From a virus: a stretch of 64,000 nucleotides of DNA. Made by a program: the position numbers and the translations under genes. The notes under the pieces were generated by a model. It saw only the letters and a list, made by a program, of their open reading frames with translations. It did not search any database and was not told where the DNA came from. The DNA is taken from IMG/VR virus record IMGVR_UViG_3300021373_003070. One strand, given 5' to 3'. Shown here in pieces: positions 46,757 to 55,734 of the stretch (its first letter is position 1; the number at the start of each line of letters is the position of its first letter).

Positions 46757-47535
46757 TGTGGAAAAAGAATCATAATGAAGAGTTCGTCTTTAATGATATG
46801 TGGGGTTCTGTTTGGGGAACATGGCCGATTGTAGCAGCAAATAAATTTAAAGCGCCGTATGAAAGTTTTCAAAGAGAAAAATATGGGCGACCACATCTTG
46901 TAGATTGTCCCGGCATGTACGACTATAAAAATCAAGGCTGGTTAATGCTAGCTTGGTGTGAAATTGAAGTGCATTGTGATGGAAAAAATACCATGATGTA
47001 TTATGGCCATCGAGATAAAGGTGAATGGCCAACCCCTGTTAATCAAGAATGTCCATATAAGCTTGATCACAATAAACACATCGACGAGCAATGGATAAAA
47101 AGTGCATCTGGCATGTCAGAAAAAATAGCCCATGGTATCGCCGAGCATCGAGACAGCAATCCTACACCAATGCATATTAGTACGCCATGGGCAATAATTA
47201 ATAAAGGCTGTTCGCTAATGGTTCAGCCTCCTGTATATCATAGTAATATTTCAGAAGACTTTTATGTATATCCCGGCATAGTTGATTATGAGAATGGATT
47301 TTCTACAATGAATTTTATATTCTCATGTAAAAAAGAAGGTAAGTTTACAATTAAACCGGGTACTCCTATTTTACATATGATACCTATGATTAAAAGAGAT
47401 TGGAAGGCATACTATACACACGATAGTTTAGGTGAAACAAAATTCTATACTGGTGCGCTGTCTAATGCTAAACAATTTTATAGAAAAATGGTACATAGAA
47501 GAAACAGATTTACGATTGATCGGTGGGATAAATGA
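46756..47535 (+). CDS. DUF6065-like paralog
   Basis: CPGM.DY..G..W..TPW..G.S..PP..PGIVDY..NF..I.PGTP..H.IP..R. Confidence 0.6.
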   Translation: MWKKNHNEEFVFNDMWGSVWGTWPIVAANKFKAPYESFQREKYGRPHLVDCPGMYDYKNQGWLMLAWCEIEVHCDGKNTMMYYGHRDKGEWPTPVNQECPYKLDHNKHIDEQWIKSASGMSEKIAHGIAEHRDSNPTPMHISTPWAIINKGCSLMVQPPVYHSNISEDFYVYPGIVDYENGFSTMNFIFSCKKEGKFTIKPGTPILHMIPMIKRDWKAYYTHDSLGETKFYTGALSNAKQFYRKMVHRRNRFTIDRWDK

Positions 47536-48347
47536 TAAACACAGAAGCTCTAGAAGAAATTAAAATTGCTACAAGCTTTAATGATAGACCGTATCTAATT
47601 AAAAACTTTACTTCATTTCCTGACCAATTTTTAAATCATATGTATTTTTATGAATGTTTCGGTGAATGTAATTATTATGATTGTCATGTATTGCCTATTA
47701 TGGAATGGGGTGATACAGCGTCGTCACTAAAGATATCATTTAATGATCTTGCTTATAAAAATAAAAAGAAAGACATAGATGAGAATGGCGTGCAGAATTA
47801 TAAGTCGCGACAAAGAATGGAAGGGATGGGTAGGAAACGTCCATTAGATTATTTAAAAGATAAGAACACGCTTAGAATTTATAATTATGAAAAATATAAT
47901 AATCTATCGCGTGATATGAGTAATGCTTTATTAGACACCTTTACACTCGATGTAGATATCTTTGGGGTGTGGCCGGCGTTTGTAACACCAGAAAAAGGTG
48001 CTGCGCATGCGACTTTCATAAAAGAGAATGAAATATCTGGTCATCCTCGAGGTGAAAATTATAATTCATTTTACTTACAAACAGTAGGCACATCAGAGTT
48101 TGTCATATACAAAAATCGTGTCAGTGGTTTAGTTGATAAGAATCTACCATTTGACTGGACAAAAGAAAAACGAGTAATATTTTTTGATAATCTTGAAGTC
48201 GAAGAAACCATAGAAGTAAACCCAGGCGACTTACTATACATACCTGAAAGAAAAATGTTTTATGAAAAAGGTGTGGAAGAAAGAATGCATATTAATTTTC
48301 CTCTAATATACAAAGGACCTCAGTCGAGTTATAATCCAACATTATGA
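47532..48347 (+). CDS. JmjC/cupin-like protein, metal ligands degenerate
   Basis: RPYLIKN; F.LQ..G.S.F; V.PGDLLYIP..R....P; lacks HxD and distal His. Confidence 0.65.
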   Translation: MINTEALEEIKIATSFNDRPYLIKNFTSFPDQFLNHMYFYECFGECNYYDCHVLPIMEWGDTASSLKISFNDLAYKNKKKDIDENGVQNYKSRQRMEGMGRKRPLDYLKDKNTLRIYNYEKYNNLSRDMSNALLDTFTLDVDIFGVWPAFVTPEKGAAHATFIKENEISGHPRGENYNSFYLQTVGTSEFVIYKNRVSGLVDKNLPFDWTKEKRVIFFDNLEVEETIEVNPGDLLYIPERKMFYEKGVEERMHINFPLIYKGPQSSYNPTL

Positions 48348-48964
48348 TAGAAGTAGAAGACATTTTCATTGAAAGTATTTTTAAAGAAGTATATGACGAT
48401 ATAAATCATCAAGAAATACACGACTATATAAACTTTCTTATGAGTAGAGAAGAGAAAGGTGTAGTCATTTCTAATAAAGGTGGGTGGCAATATCATGTTC
48501 AACGCGATGAGTGTGAAGCTATAGATTATTTGAATGATAGACTGCATGCCACGGCCCATCAAATTTTATATGAGTATTATAGCTTTGATATGAAGAATAT
48601 GGTCAGCGCTGGTATATGGATTAATGTAAATAATTCCGGTGATTATAACGTAAATCATAATCACGCCGGCTCCGTGCTATCTAGTTGTTATTATTTACAG
48701 GCGCCTGAACCTTCAGCCCATATTGAATTTGAACCAAATGATCAATTGTCTAGAACAATATTGAGAAACGAACTCGAAAAAGGTGGATCTGAATTTTTAG
48801 GAGATGATAATCCTCGTATTAGAATGGGCGCGGGCAAAGCACCACAAGAACGGGAAGCATACTTTTTTACAGGACATCTGTCACATCGAGTTGATATAAA
48901 TAATTCAGTCGAGCCTAGAATTTCACTCGCGGCTAATTTCTGTTCGAGCGCAGCTCGCTCTTAG
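48344..48964 (+). CDS. putative 2OG-Fe(II) oxygenase (TIGR02466-like)
   Basis: SNKGGWQ; WINVN..GDYN..HNH..LSSCYY; L.H.V..N..PRISLA.N. Confidence 0.85.
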   Translation: MIEVEDIFIESIFKEVYDDINHQEIHDYINFLMSREEKGVVISNKGGWQYHVQRDECEAIDYLNDRLHATAHQILYEYYSFDMKNMVSAGIWINVNNSGDYNVNHNHAGSVLSSCYYLQAPEPSAHIEFEPNDQLSRTILRNELEKGGSEFLGDDNPRIRMGAGKAPQEREAYFFTGHLSHRVDINNSVEPRISLAANFCSSAARS

Positions 48965-48972
48965 TATAAATA
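48965..48972 (+). promoter_or_regulatory. late promoter
   Basis: TATAAATA immediately after stop, 25 nt before ATG 48997. Confidence 0.75.
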
Positions 48973-48996
48973 AAATTAAAATAATAGGGTACACCT

Positions 48997-49344
48997 ATGG
49001 CGCGCACTGAAGATCTAACCATAGATCAAAATACCGATTTTACTATCAAGCTGAACTTGCTTGATAGTAATGATGCAGCTTTAGATTTGACTACAAAATA
49101 CTTCGCAGCATCATTCAAAAAAAGATATAACGATACCGATTCTACTGATTTTACAGTCACCGTTATCGACGCTGCAGCTGGTTCTATACAACTGTCGTTA
49201 TCATCTGCTATTACATCAACATTAGATACTAGCTTACGTTATGTATATGATGTGTTAATGTATGACAATGGAGATGTTAATATAACAAAAGTACTAGATG
49301 GAAAAATATTCGTAAAACCTAGTGCGACTTCTGTAGGAGAGTAA
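48997..49344 (+). CDS. small Ig-like virion adaptor protein (BppU-N-like)
   Basis: L.IDQ..DF..DLT..A...K.Y..F..G.I.LSL....T..L..RYVYDV..G...V.P. Confidence 0.75.
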   Translation: MARTEDLTIDQNTDFTIKLNLLDSNDAALDLTTKYFAASFKKRYNDTDSTDFTVTVIDAAAGSIQLSLSSAITSTLDTSLRYVYDVLMYDNGDVNITKVLDGKIFVKPSATSVGE

Positions 49345-49345
49345 G

Positions 49346-51523
49346 ATGTCAACAATCAACCTACGCGTAGGCAATGATGCTCTTACATTTCAAGAGTTGG
49401 ATAACAACTTTACCAACCTCAATAACGATAAGTACGAATCAGGTGACAACCCAAGTTTTGTTGGTTTAACACTTACTAAAGAGGGTGATGGTTTAGCTAA
49501 AATCACTTCACCCGCTCCATCGGGTGGCAATGACACACAATTTATCCAATTTGACGAATCGACATCGAACCAAGGCTTTGTCTGGATAGCAGTGTCAGAT
49601 GATATGGATGTTGGATCATCAAATGATATTTTCTATGTTGGTGATAGCAATCTTACCGATTGGAGATTTAAAGTAGACGGCGCCGGTCAAGTTTATACAT
49701 CTACCGGAAATGCAGCAGGCGCAAACTTTGTAGCACAAAGAATCTTTGCAGATAACTACCATCCAAACGCCGATAGATGGACAACAGATCGAACGTTAAC
49801 AATTGGCGGCACCGGAAAAACAGTAAACGGTACCGCAAGCGTTTCTTGGTCGTTGGCTGAAATCGGGGTCGATGCTGCTGGTACTATTAATTACGTACAC
49901 CCTCAACCTACTCGTACTAATAATACCTCTACACAAACTGCGACTGCCGGTGGCACGTTTACAGCAATCGATTCTGTAAGTTCAAATGCAAATGGTCATA
50001 TTACAGCCGTAAATACTAAAACTGTTACACTGCCGGCAGATAATAATACCGATACTCTACAAAGCATTGCAAACGATACATCATCAAGTAGTAGATATGT
50101 TACTTTTGTCAATTCAGCGACTGGAGCCCAAACCGGTAAGAGTAGTGGATTACTTCGCTATAAACCAAATGAGGCAATTTTATCTGTAGGTAATACATCT
50201 GTTAGTGAAGTACAAACAAGCGAAGTGTCTTGTTTATCAAATCAACAATTAGTCTTAAATGCAGGTGAGTCTAGAGGTACTATTTCTTCAGCTGGTGTTG
50301 TACAAAACGCCGAAATCATTTATATGAATGCTGAAAACGGTGTGCAGATTAACTCATCATCAAACAATTGGGTTGACAGTGTAAATGGTAACTGGGCTGG
50401 TACAGTACAAACATTAACACTCAATGACTCAAATGGCAACTCATCGTTCCCCGGCAATATAGTAGCCGGAGGAACTGTTGGTGGTTCTAATCTCAGTGGT
50501 ACAAATACAGGTGACGAACCTAATGCATCTGCTACAGCTAGAGGTATTGTAGAATTAGCAACTGTAACCGAAGTTAATGCTGGAACAGATACAACCCGTG
50601 CGGTTACTCCTGCAGGTATTGCTGGATTTACTGGTTCAGCAAATGTTGTTACAGTAGGTACTATTTCATCTGGTACTTGGCAGGGCGGTATTATTAGTAC
50701 AGCTTACCTAGAAAACCAAAGTGGTACAAACACTGGTGATGAACCAGATGCAACAACATCCGTAAAAGGTATTATCGAAATAGCAGGCCCTTCTGAAGTT
50801 ACAGCAGGCACAGATACAACTCGTGCTATTACACCATCCAGTCTGACTTCTATCACTAAGCTTGGTACAATTGGAACTGGTACATGGCAAGGTAGTGTTA
50901 TTGCTTCTGCTTATTTGGATGCTGATACCGCACATCTTTCTGGTTCACAAACATTTACCGGTGCTAAGACATTTAATGCAAATACTACTGTTGTCGGTAT
51001 ATTAGATGTACGACACACAAATGTACAGATGCGTTTGACCGATACAACGTTTAGTAATAATTACTGGGAGCTTGATCACCAAAATGGGTTATTATCATTT
51101 AGATATAACGGCGGCACGGGTGCATTCACTTTGGCGCATGATACTAGTGATGCTACATTTGCTGCGAATGTTGATATTACTGGTACACTCACTGCAACAT
51201 CTAAGTCATTTGACATTGAACACCCAACAAAAGAAAATATGCGATTGCGCTATGGGTCTTTGGAAGGACCAGAAAATGGTGTCTATGTAAGAGGTAAATT
51301 GAGCAACACCAAAGTAATCGAGTTGCCAGACTATTGGACTGGTCTTGTCCATGAAGATACTATTACCGTGTCACTTACACCTATTGGTTCGAACGTCATT
51401 ATGTGGGTAGATAAAGTAGAAGATAATAAAGTTTACATCGAAGCTATTCCATCTATATTCGAATGCTACTATCACGTATTTGCAGAGCGTAAAGACATCG
51501 ATAAGCTCACGGTAGAGTACTAA
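49346..51523 (+). CDS. tail fibre protein with gp12-like repeats and C-terminal chaperone-like domain
   Basis: LT..ELDNNFT.L N-terminus; two A...GI.E.A..EV.AGTDTTRA.TP repeats; SKSFDIEHP..LRYGSLEGPE..VYVRG C-terminus. Confidence 0.8.
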   Translation: MSTINLRVGNDALTFQELDNNFTNLNNDKYESGDNPSFVGLTLTKEGDGLAKITSPAPSGGNDTQFIQFDESTSNQGFVWIAVSDDMDVGSSNDIFYVGDSNLTDWRFKVDGAGQVYTSTGNAAGANFVAQRIFADNYHPNADRWTTDRTLTIGGTGKTVNGTASVSWSLAEIGVDAAGTINYVHPQPTRTNNTSTQTATAGGTFTAIDSVSSNANGHITAVNTKTVTLPADNNTDTLQSIANDTSSSSRYVTFVNSATGAQTGKSSGLLRYKPNEAILSVGNTSVSEVQTSEVSCLSNQQLVLNAGESRGTISSAGVVQNAEIIYMNAENGVQINSSSNNWVDSVNGNWAGTVQTLTLNDSNGNSSFPGNIVAGGTVGGSNLSGTNTGDEPNASATARGIVELATVTEVNAGTDTTRAVTPAGIAGFTGSANVVTVGTISSGTWQGGIISTAYLENQSGTNTGDEPDATTSVKGIIEIAGPSEVTAGTDTTRAITPSSLTSITKLGTIGTGTWQGSVIASAYLDADTAHLSGSQTFTGAKTFNANTTVVGILDVRHTNVQMRLTDTTFSNNYWELDHQNGLLSFRYNGGTGAFTLAHDTSDATFAANVDITGTLTATSKSFDIEHPTKENMRLRYGSLEGPENGVYVRGKLSNTKVIELPDYWTGLVHEDTITVSLTPIGSNVIMWVDKVEDNKVYIEAIPSIFECYYHVFAERKDIDKLTVEY

Positions 51524-52137
51524 TGAGTACCGTATACGGTCCGAAAATACCGGATTTAGTTTATGCCTTCGATCCTCAGACAGGTAAACAAGTCGGTACA
51601 AAATCAAATGTTACGATTGGAAATTCTGTAGGCACTACTCAAAAATATTATGAATTTAATGGTACCTCGTCTATCATTCGTTTTCCATCTGTAACATTAA
51701 CAGAATGGACTGTAGCATATTGGTTTTACGATACATCAACAGGTACTAACTACAATATGACATTCGGTCAAAACGGTGGTACCAATAATCGTTTCTATCA
51801 CCGTGATGATACAACTTCATATAGATTACGAGTACATAATAATGCTAACGTAAGTGTTGGTGATTTAATAATGGCAAATCGACGAGGAGCTTGGACTTTT
51901 CTTGCTTACAGTATGAAGCCCGGCACAAGAAAAACATGGTTGCAAGGATCTCCAGTTGCTAACGTTGCTGAGACTGATAGCTCAGAATTCATATTCGATA
52001 GTATTGGCAATCCATATACAGGATCTAGTTTTTATTGGTTAGGATATATTGGACCAGCATATCTGTATTCACGGCAATTAGAAGATTCAGAAGTATCTGA
52101 TCTATATAATTTAAATGCATCGAGGTTTGGACAATAA
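51523..52137 (+). CDS. LamG/ConA-like lectin-fold virion protein
   Basis: YGPKI..L...D..F.G..WT...W..G.I....Y.R.L...EV...YN....RFG. Confidence 0.75.
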   Translation: MSTVYGPKIPDLVYAFDPQTGKQVGTKSNVTIGNSVGTTQKYYEFNGTSSIIRFPSVTLTEWTVAYWFYDTSTGTNYNMTFGQNGGTNNRFYHRDDTTSYRLRVHNNANVSVGDLIMANRRGAWTFLAYSMKPGTRKTWLQGSPVANVAETDSSEFIFDSIGNPYTGSSFYWLGYIGPAYLYSRQLEDSEVSDLYNLNASRFGQ

Positions 52138-53045
52138 TGGCGATACCAACAAAATGGCTACGCTGCTTATTAGATGCTCGTAATACGAACAGTTACCCGG
52201 GCACTGGCACTACGTGGACAGATCTATCTGGAAATGGTAATAACTTTACTCTGTCTAATACAACATATAATGCAGGTGGTTGGCTTAGCTTTAATGGCAC
52301 GACAAGCGGCGCAATAGGTAGCCCGACTACGCCAAATAATTTTACAGTCGATAATCATTCTACGACTGTGAGTATGTTAGTACGACCAACATCTAATCAA
52401 GGAAACACAAACAAAGCTTTAATCACGGATAACTTTGGACCAGAATTTGGTATCTGGTATAATGGTGCGACCTATACTGCTTATTGTTATTCATCAGCAT
52501 CATATACTAAAACTTTTAACGAGTGGGCTAACGTAACAATGGTAATACCATATGTTGCCAGACAGCCTGCAGATTTGGCCGTAACAGGTGGATCTCATAC
52601 GAGTGGTACAACGACATTATTACTCAATAACGCATCAGGTACATTTACATATGATGCATCTGGTCCGCTCAACGATAGAGTTACAGTCACAGGAAGTAAT
52701 CCATCAGGCTACAATGGAACTTATGCATTGACTGCTGCGAATACAACATCTATTTCATATGCACAAGGCAGTAATCCGGGTACATGGGTATCTGGTTCAC
52801 GGGCTAAAACAAAAGTCGGTAATACGAAAACAGAAATATATGTAGATGGAGAGTTTATCACATCGGGCACTGGTACTGTGGGTAATGGTGCTAATGACTG
52901 GCCTCTTACGATTGGTTACGATAATCAGAGTGGTACACCTACTGCATACTTTACTGGCGATATTGCATGGGTCGGTATCTGGCAAACTGCACTTAATCAA
53001 GTGGATATCAAAAATATTCACCTCGCACTGAAGGGTAGAATGTAA
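52137..53045 (+). CDS. LamG/ConA-like protein with inserted beta domain
   Basis: LDA.N.NSYPGTGTTW.DLSGNGN; insertion VTVTG..P.GYNGTY; F.GDI....I...AL. Confidence 0.75.
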   Translation: MAIPTKWLRCLLDARNTNSYPGTGTTWTDLSGNGNNFTLSNTTYNAGGWLSFNGTTSGAIGSPTTPNNFTVDNHSTTVSMLVRPTSNQGNTNKALITDNFGPEFGIWYNGATYTAYCYSSASYTKTFNEWANVTMVIPYVARQPADLAVTGGSHTSGTTTLLLNNASGTFTYDASGPLNDRVTVTGSNPSGYNGTYALTAANTTSISYAQGSNPGTWVSGSRAKTKVGNTKTEIYVDGEFITSGTGTVGNGANDWPLTIGYDNQSGTPTAYFTGDIAWVGIWQTALNQVDIKNIHLALKGRM

Positions 53046-54442
53046 TGGCTGGCAATGCTGTAGCTACAAAAAATTGTATTCTATTCATGGATATGTGGAA
53101 TGATAAGTCATTTCGTGGTGCACCTGCGACAAATATACAAGAACAATTAAACGCAGATAGAAATCCTACACAATCTGATGCATGGACAGATTATTCGAGT
53201 TCAGTATCAAGTCCCGGCAGATGGTCAGTAAATCATCAAGATGCAATTAAAGTTTATAATCGAGTCGGCTCAAACATTTCATCTAAGAATAATACCGGCG
53301 TTCAGAACTGGAAGCAGACGTATCATGGTCATTGGATATATGATGAAGAGTTAGGATATCCCGTACAGATCATGAGAGACATTGGAGATGGTTCATGGTT
53401 GTACGCCGGCGGTGGTTTAAACAGTGCCGTGAATACACCGACAAAATGTGGATTAGGACTCGGTGATCAATACGTGATATCATGGGATCAATGGACGACT
53501 AGTATAAGTAAGTCTGCGAACTGTGGTTTATATGGACAGAATACTACAGGAACACAGAACGCGTTTCACGATGGCCTATCAAATCAGGCAGGTGATACGG
53601 CTTACAATACAAAAGCATATACATGGGAACGATGCTGGGGTATCTTTACGATCAGTGCTAATCGTGGATTAGATGCGACTTGGTCGATGTATAATTATGG
53701 CATGTATCTAGGTCGTGGTATTTTAAAGGTCGCTAACTTTCAAATCGAAGTTGGCAATCATCCATCGAAATATGTGATACCAACTGGTGCTAAAACATAT
53801 AATGCAACAAGAACAACATCAGAATCAGTAGTCGATATTACACGTAAAAACGATCTGACTGTCAGCAATCTATCATTCGAGATTGATAATCGACGAGAAG
53901 CATTTGCATTTGATAACACATTAAATAGCAAAATAAACGGTGTCCAATCATCAGATGCTCAGATCACAGCCGGTGGAGCAATGAGTTTTGACGGATGGGT
54001 ACAAGTGAATTCATCACAAAATAACTCATTCCCTTATATTCTTCAGTATGGTGCATCATGTATTATCCATGTTAGTCAAACACCGGGCACTAATCCATAT
54101 TTAGCATTTAATGCATATACAGCAGCTGGATTAAAGCAACTTACTTTCTCATCATTTTTTAGTGGTGAGCAGGATACTAATTGGGTACATTTTGCATGCA
54201 CGTGGGATGGCACGAGTGGTCAAAAAATATATAAGAACGGTGTACAAGTAGCATCGACGACTCAAACTGCAACGACTACAACCGCAACAGGTTCAGGTGG
54301 TCTTGCGATTGGTGGTAATAATGTCGACAACAATCGAAATTTCAACGGCAAGATTGGAGCAATGAGAGCTTACAATCGAGTATTAACTGCAAAAGAAGTT
54401 TATCAAAATTACCAAGCATCTCGTGGACAATACGGAGTATAA
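53045..54442 (+). CDS. LamG/ConA-like protein with large inserted carbohydrate-binding-like domain
   Basis: W.H...TWDG...KIYKNG; F.G.I...R.YNR.L.A.EV.QNY.A.R..YG; central ..QIE.G..PS.Y domain. Confidence 0.75.
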   Translation: MAGNAVATKNCILFMDMWNDKSFRGAPATNIQEQLNADRNPTQSDAWTDYSSSVSSPGRWSVNHQDAIKVYNRVGSNISSKNNTGVQNWKQTYHGHWIYDEELGYPVQIMRDIGDGSWLYAGGGLNSAVNTPTKCGLGLGDQYVISWDQWTTSISKSANCGLYGQNTTGTQNAFHDGLSNQAGDTAYNTKAYTWERCWGIFTISANRGLDATWSMYNYGMYLGRGILKVANFQIEVGNHPSKYVIPTGAKTYNATRTTSESVVDITRKNDLTVSNLSFEIDNRREAFAFDNTLNSKINGVQSSDAQITAGGAMSFDGWVQVNSSQNNSFPYILQYGASCIIHVSQTPGTNPYLAFNAYTAAGLKQLTFSSFFSGEQDTNWVHFACTWDGTSGQKIYKNGVQVASTTQTATTTTATGSGGLAIGGNNVDNNRNFNGKIGAMRAYNRVLTAKEVYQNYQASRGQYGV

Positions 54443-54445
54443 ATA
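54438..54445 (+). promoter_or_regulatory. late promoter (leaderless geometry)
   Basis: TATAAATA-N5-ATG(54451), no SD. Confidence 0.7.
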
Positions 54446-54450
54446 AAAGC

Positions 54451-55089
54451 ATGGCTGATTCAGATAAAGACATTTTAATTACTCCACAAACTGGCACTTC
54501 TTCGGATCCATCGATACAGTTTAAGAGTGGTGCTACATCCGGTGACCCTATTACGTTGTCAGTAACAGACGATGGGACCACTTCTACTCTTGATTTTAGT
54601 GGCTCAGCTGGCCAGCTATTTTCAATAAGTAACGATTTATCTGGCACAGTTTTTAGTGCAGCAGATGGTTCAGGTATACCAGTTATTGAAGCAGATGCCG
54701 ATGGCACAGTTAGATTAGCACCGTTTGGTGGCGTTATTGAAACCGGCGGACCAACTCGAGAAAATCTAAACACAACATCTGGCACATCAGTATCGATAGA
54801 CTTAGATCAAGGTTCTATGTTTTGGCATACAGCAGGAGCAGGTACAACAACTGTTACATTTAGCAATGGACCAGCTTCTGATCAAACACAGACTATCATG
54901 TTTGTACATCAACAAGATGGTACGGGTAACAGAGCTATCTCATGGCCGGGCGGCGTTTCTTGGGCTGAGAATGTAGAACCACCAGAATCTACAGGCCCTA
55001 ATGATATTGACGTCTACACAATTCAAGTCATAAATAAAGGCGGTACTACATATTATATGATAACATTGGCGGTTAGAAACGCTAGCTAA
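54451..55089 (+). CDS. virion protein; C-terminal domain paralogous to 41373-42527
   Basis: MADSDKDILITP..L.F.GSAGQLFSI..GT.FS..D.SG.P..; WP..WAENVEPP..DVY. Confidence 0.7.
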   Translation: MADSDKDILITPQTGTSSDPSIQFKSGATSGDPITLSVTDDGTTSTLDFSGSAGQLFSISNDLSGTVFSAADGSGIPVIEADADGTVRLAPFGGVIETGGPTRENLNTTSGTSVSIDLDQGSMFWHTAGAGTTTVTFSNGPASDQTQTIMFVHQQDGTGNRAISWPGGVSWAENVEPPESTGPNDIDVYTIQVINKGGTTYYMITLAVRNAS

Positions 55090-55097
55090 TATAAATA
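55090..55097 (+). promoter_or_regulatory. late promoter
   Basis: TATAAATA right after stop. Confidence 0.7.
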
Positions 55098-55109
55098 AAT
55101 GGTGAATAA

Positions 55110-55283
55110 ATGACTAAGGTGAATGATCATCAAGTAGGCACGGGCTTATCTGGTGTTTTAGAAATTAAGAAGCCTGACGGCTCAGTCGAAAAATTAGTTT
55201 TAAACGGTAAGAGAATATCAACAGGAGATAAATCTCATGGCAACATTAAACCATCCAACAGCGGTTCGGAACGCGATCGCTGA
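55110..55283 (+). CDS. small hypothetical protein (57 aa, below ORF-track threshold)
   Basis: Manual translation MTKVNDHQVGTGLSGVLEIKKPDGSVEKLVLNGKRISTGD...; fills gap behind late promoter, overlaps next gene by 47 nt. Confidence 0.45.
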   Translation: MTKVNDHQVGTGLSGVLEIKKPDGSVEKLVLNGKRISTGDKSHGNIKPSNSGSERDR

Positions 55284-55632
55284 TACAGTAGTAGATCGTA
55301 TCGACGCCGGTGCCGGTGCTGGTAAATTGAAGTTTTACACATCAGATGGTGGATCTCTTCTGGCGACATTGACATTTAGCGATCCTGCATTTGGAAACGC
55401 TGGTGCTTCAGTTGCTGGCCGAGCAGACGCAGCTGCTATCACTTCTGACACAAACACATCAGCCGGTACTGTTACTTTCTTCGAAGTAACTGATTCGAAC
55501 GATGTTATTGTATTCGAAGGTGACGTAACATCCGATGACGTAGGTACTGGTTCTATCCAGCTTTCATCTACAACCCTCGGTACTGGCGATACTTTGTCAG
55601 TAAGCTCACTACAGTACACCGCTCCAGTATAA
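55237..55632 (+). CDS. putative virion structural protein
   Basis: AGGAG SD; RNA.AD..ID.G.G.G.L..Y..LA.L.F.DPAFG.A..I..D...AGT..F..G.V..I.L....G....SSL.YT. Confidence 0.75.
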   Translation: MATLNHPTAVRNAIADTVVDRIDAGAGAGKLKFYTSDGGSLLATLTFSDPAFGNAGASVAGRADAAAITSDTNTSAGTVTFFEVTDSNDVIVFEGDVTSDDVGTGSIQLSSTTLGTGDTLSVSSLQYTAPV

Positions 55633-55692
55633 ACTAGTGACTTTCCTGGGTAACTACTCTTTCAGTTACCCGAATGGTAAACTGAAAACTCG

Positions 55693-55717
55693 AATGGGCC
55701 TTCGTGGCCCATTTGTT
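55693..55717 (+). terminator. GC-rich hairpin with weak U-tract (leaky terminator or processing stem)
   Basis: AATGGGCC-TTCGT-GGCCCATT-TGTT. Confidence 0.55.
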
Positions 55718-55734
55718 GTGCGTAGAGGTTATCA

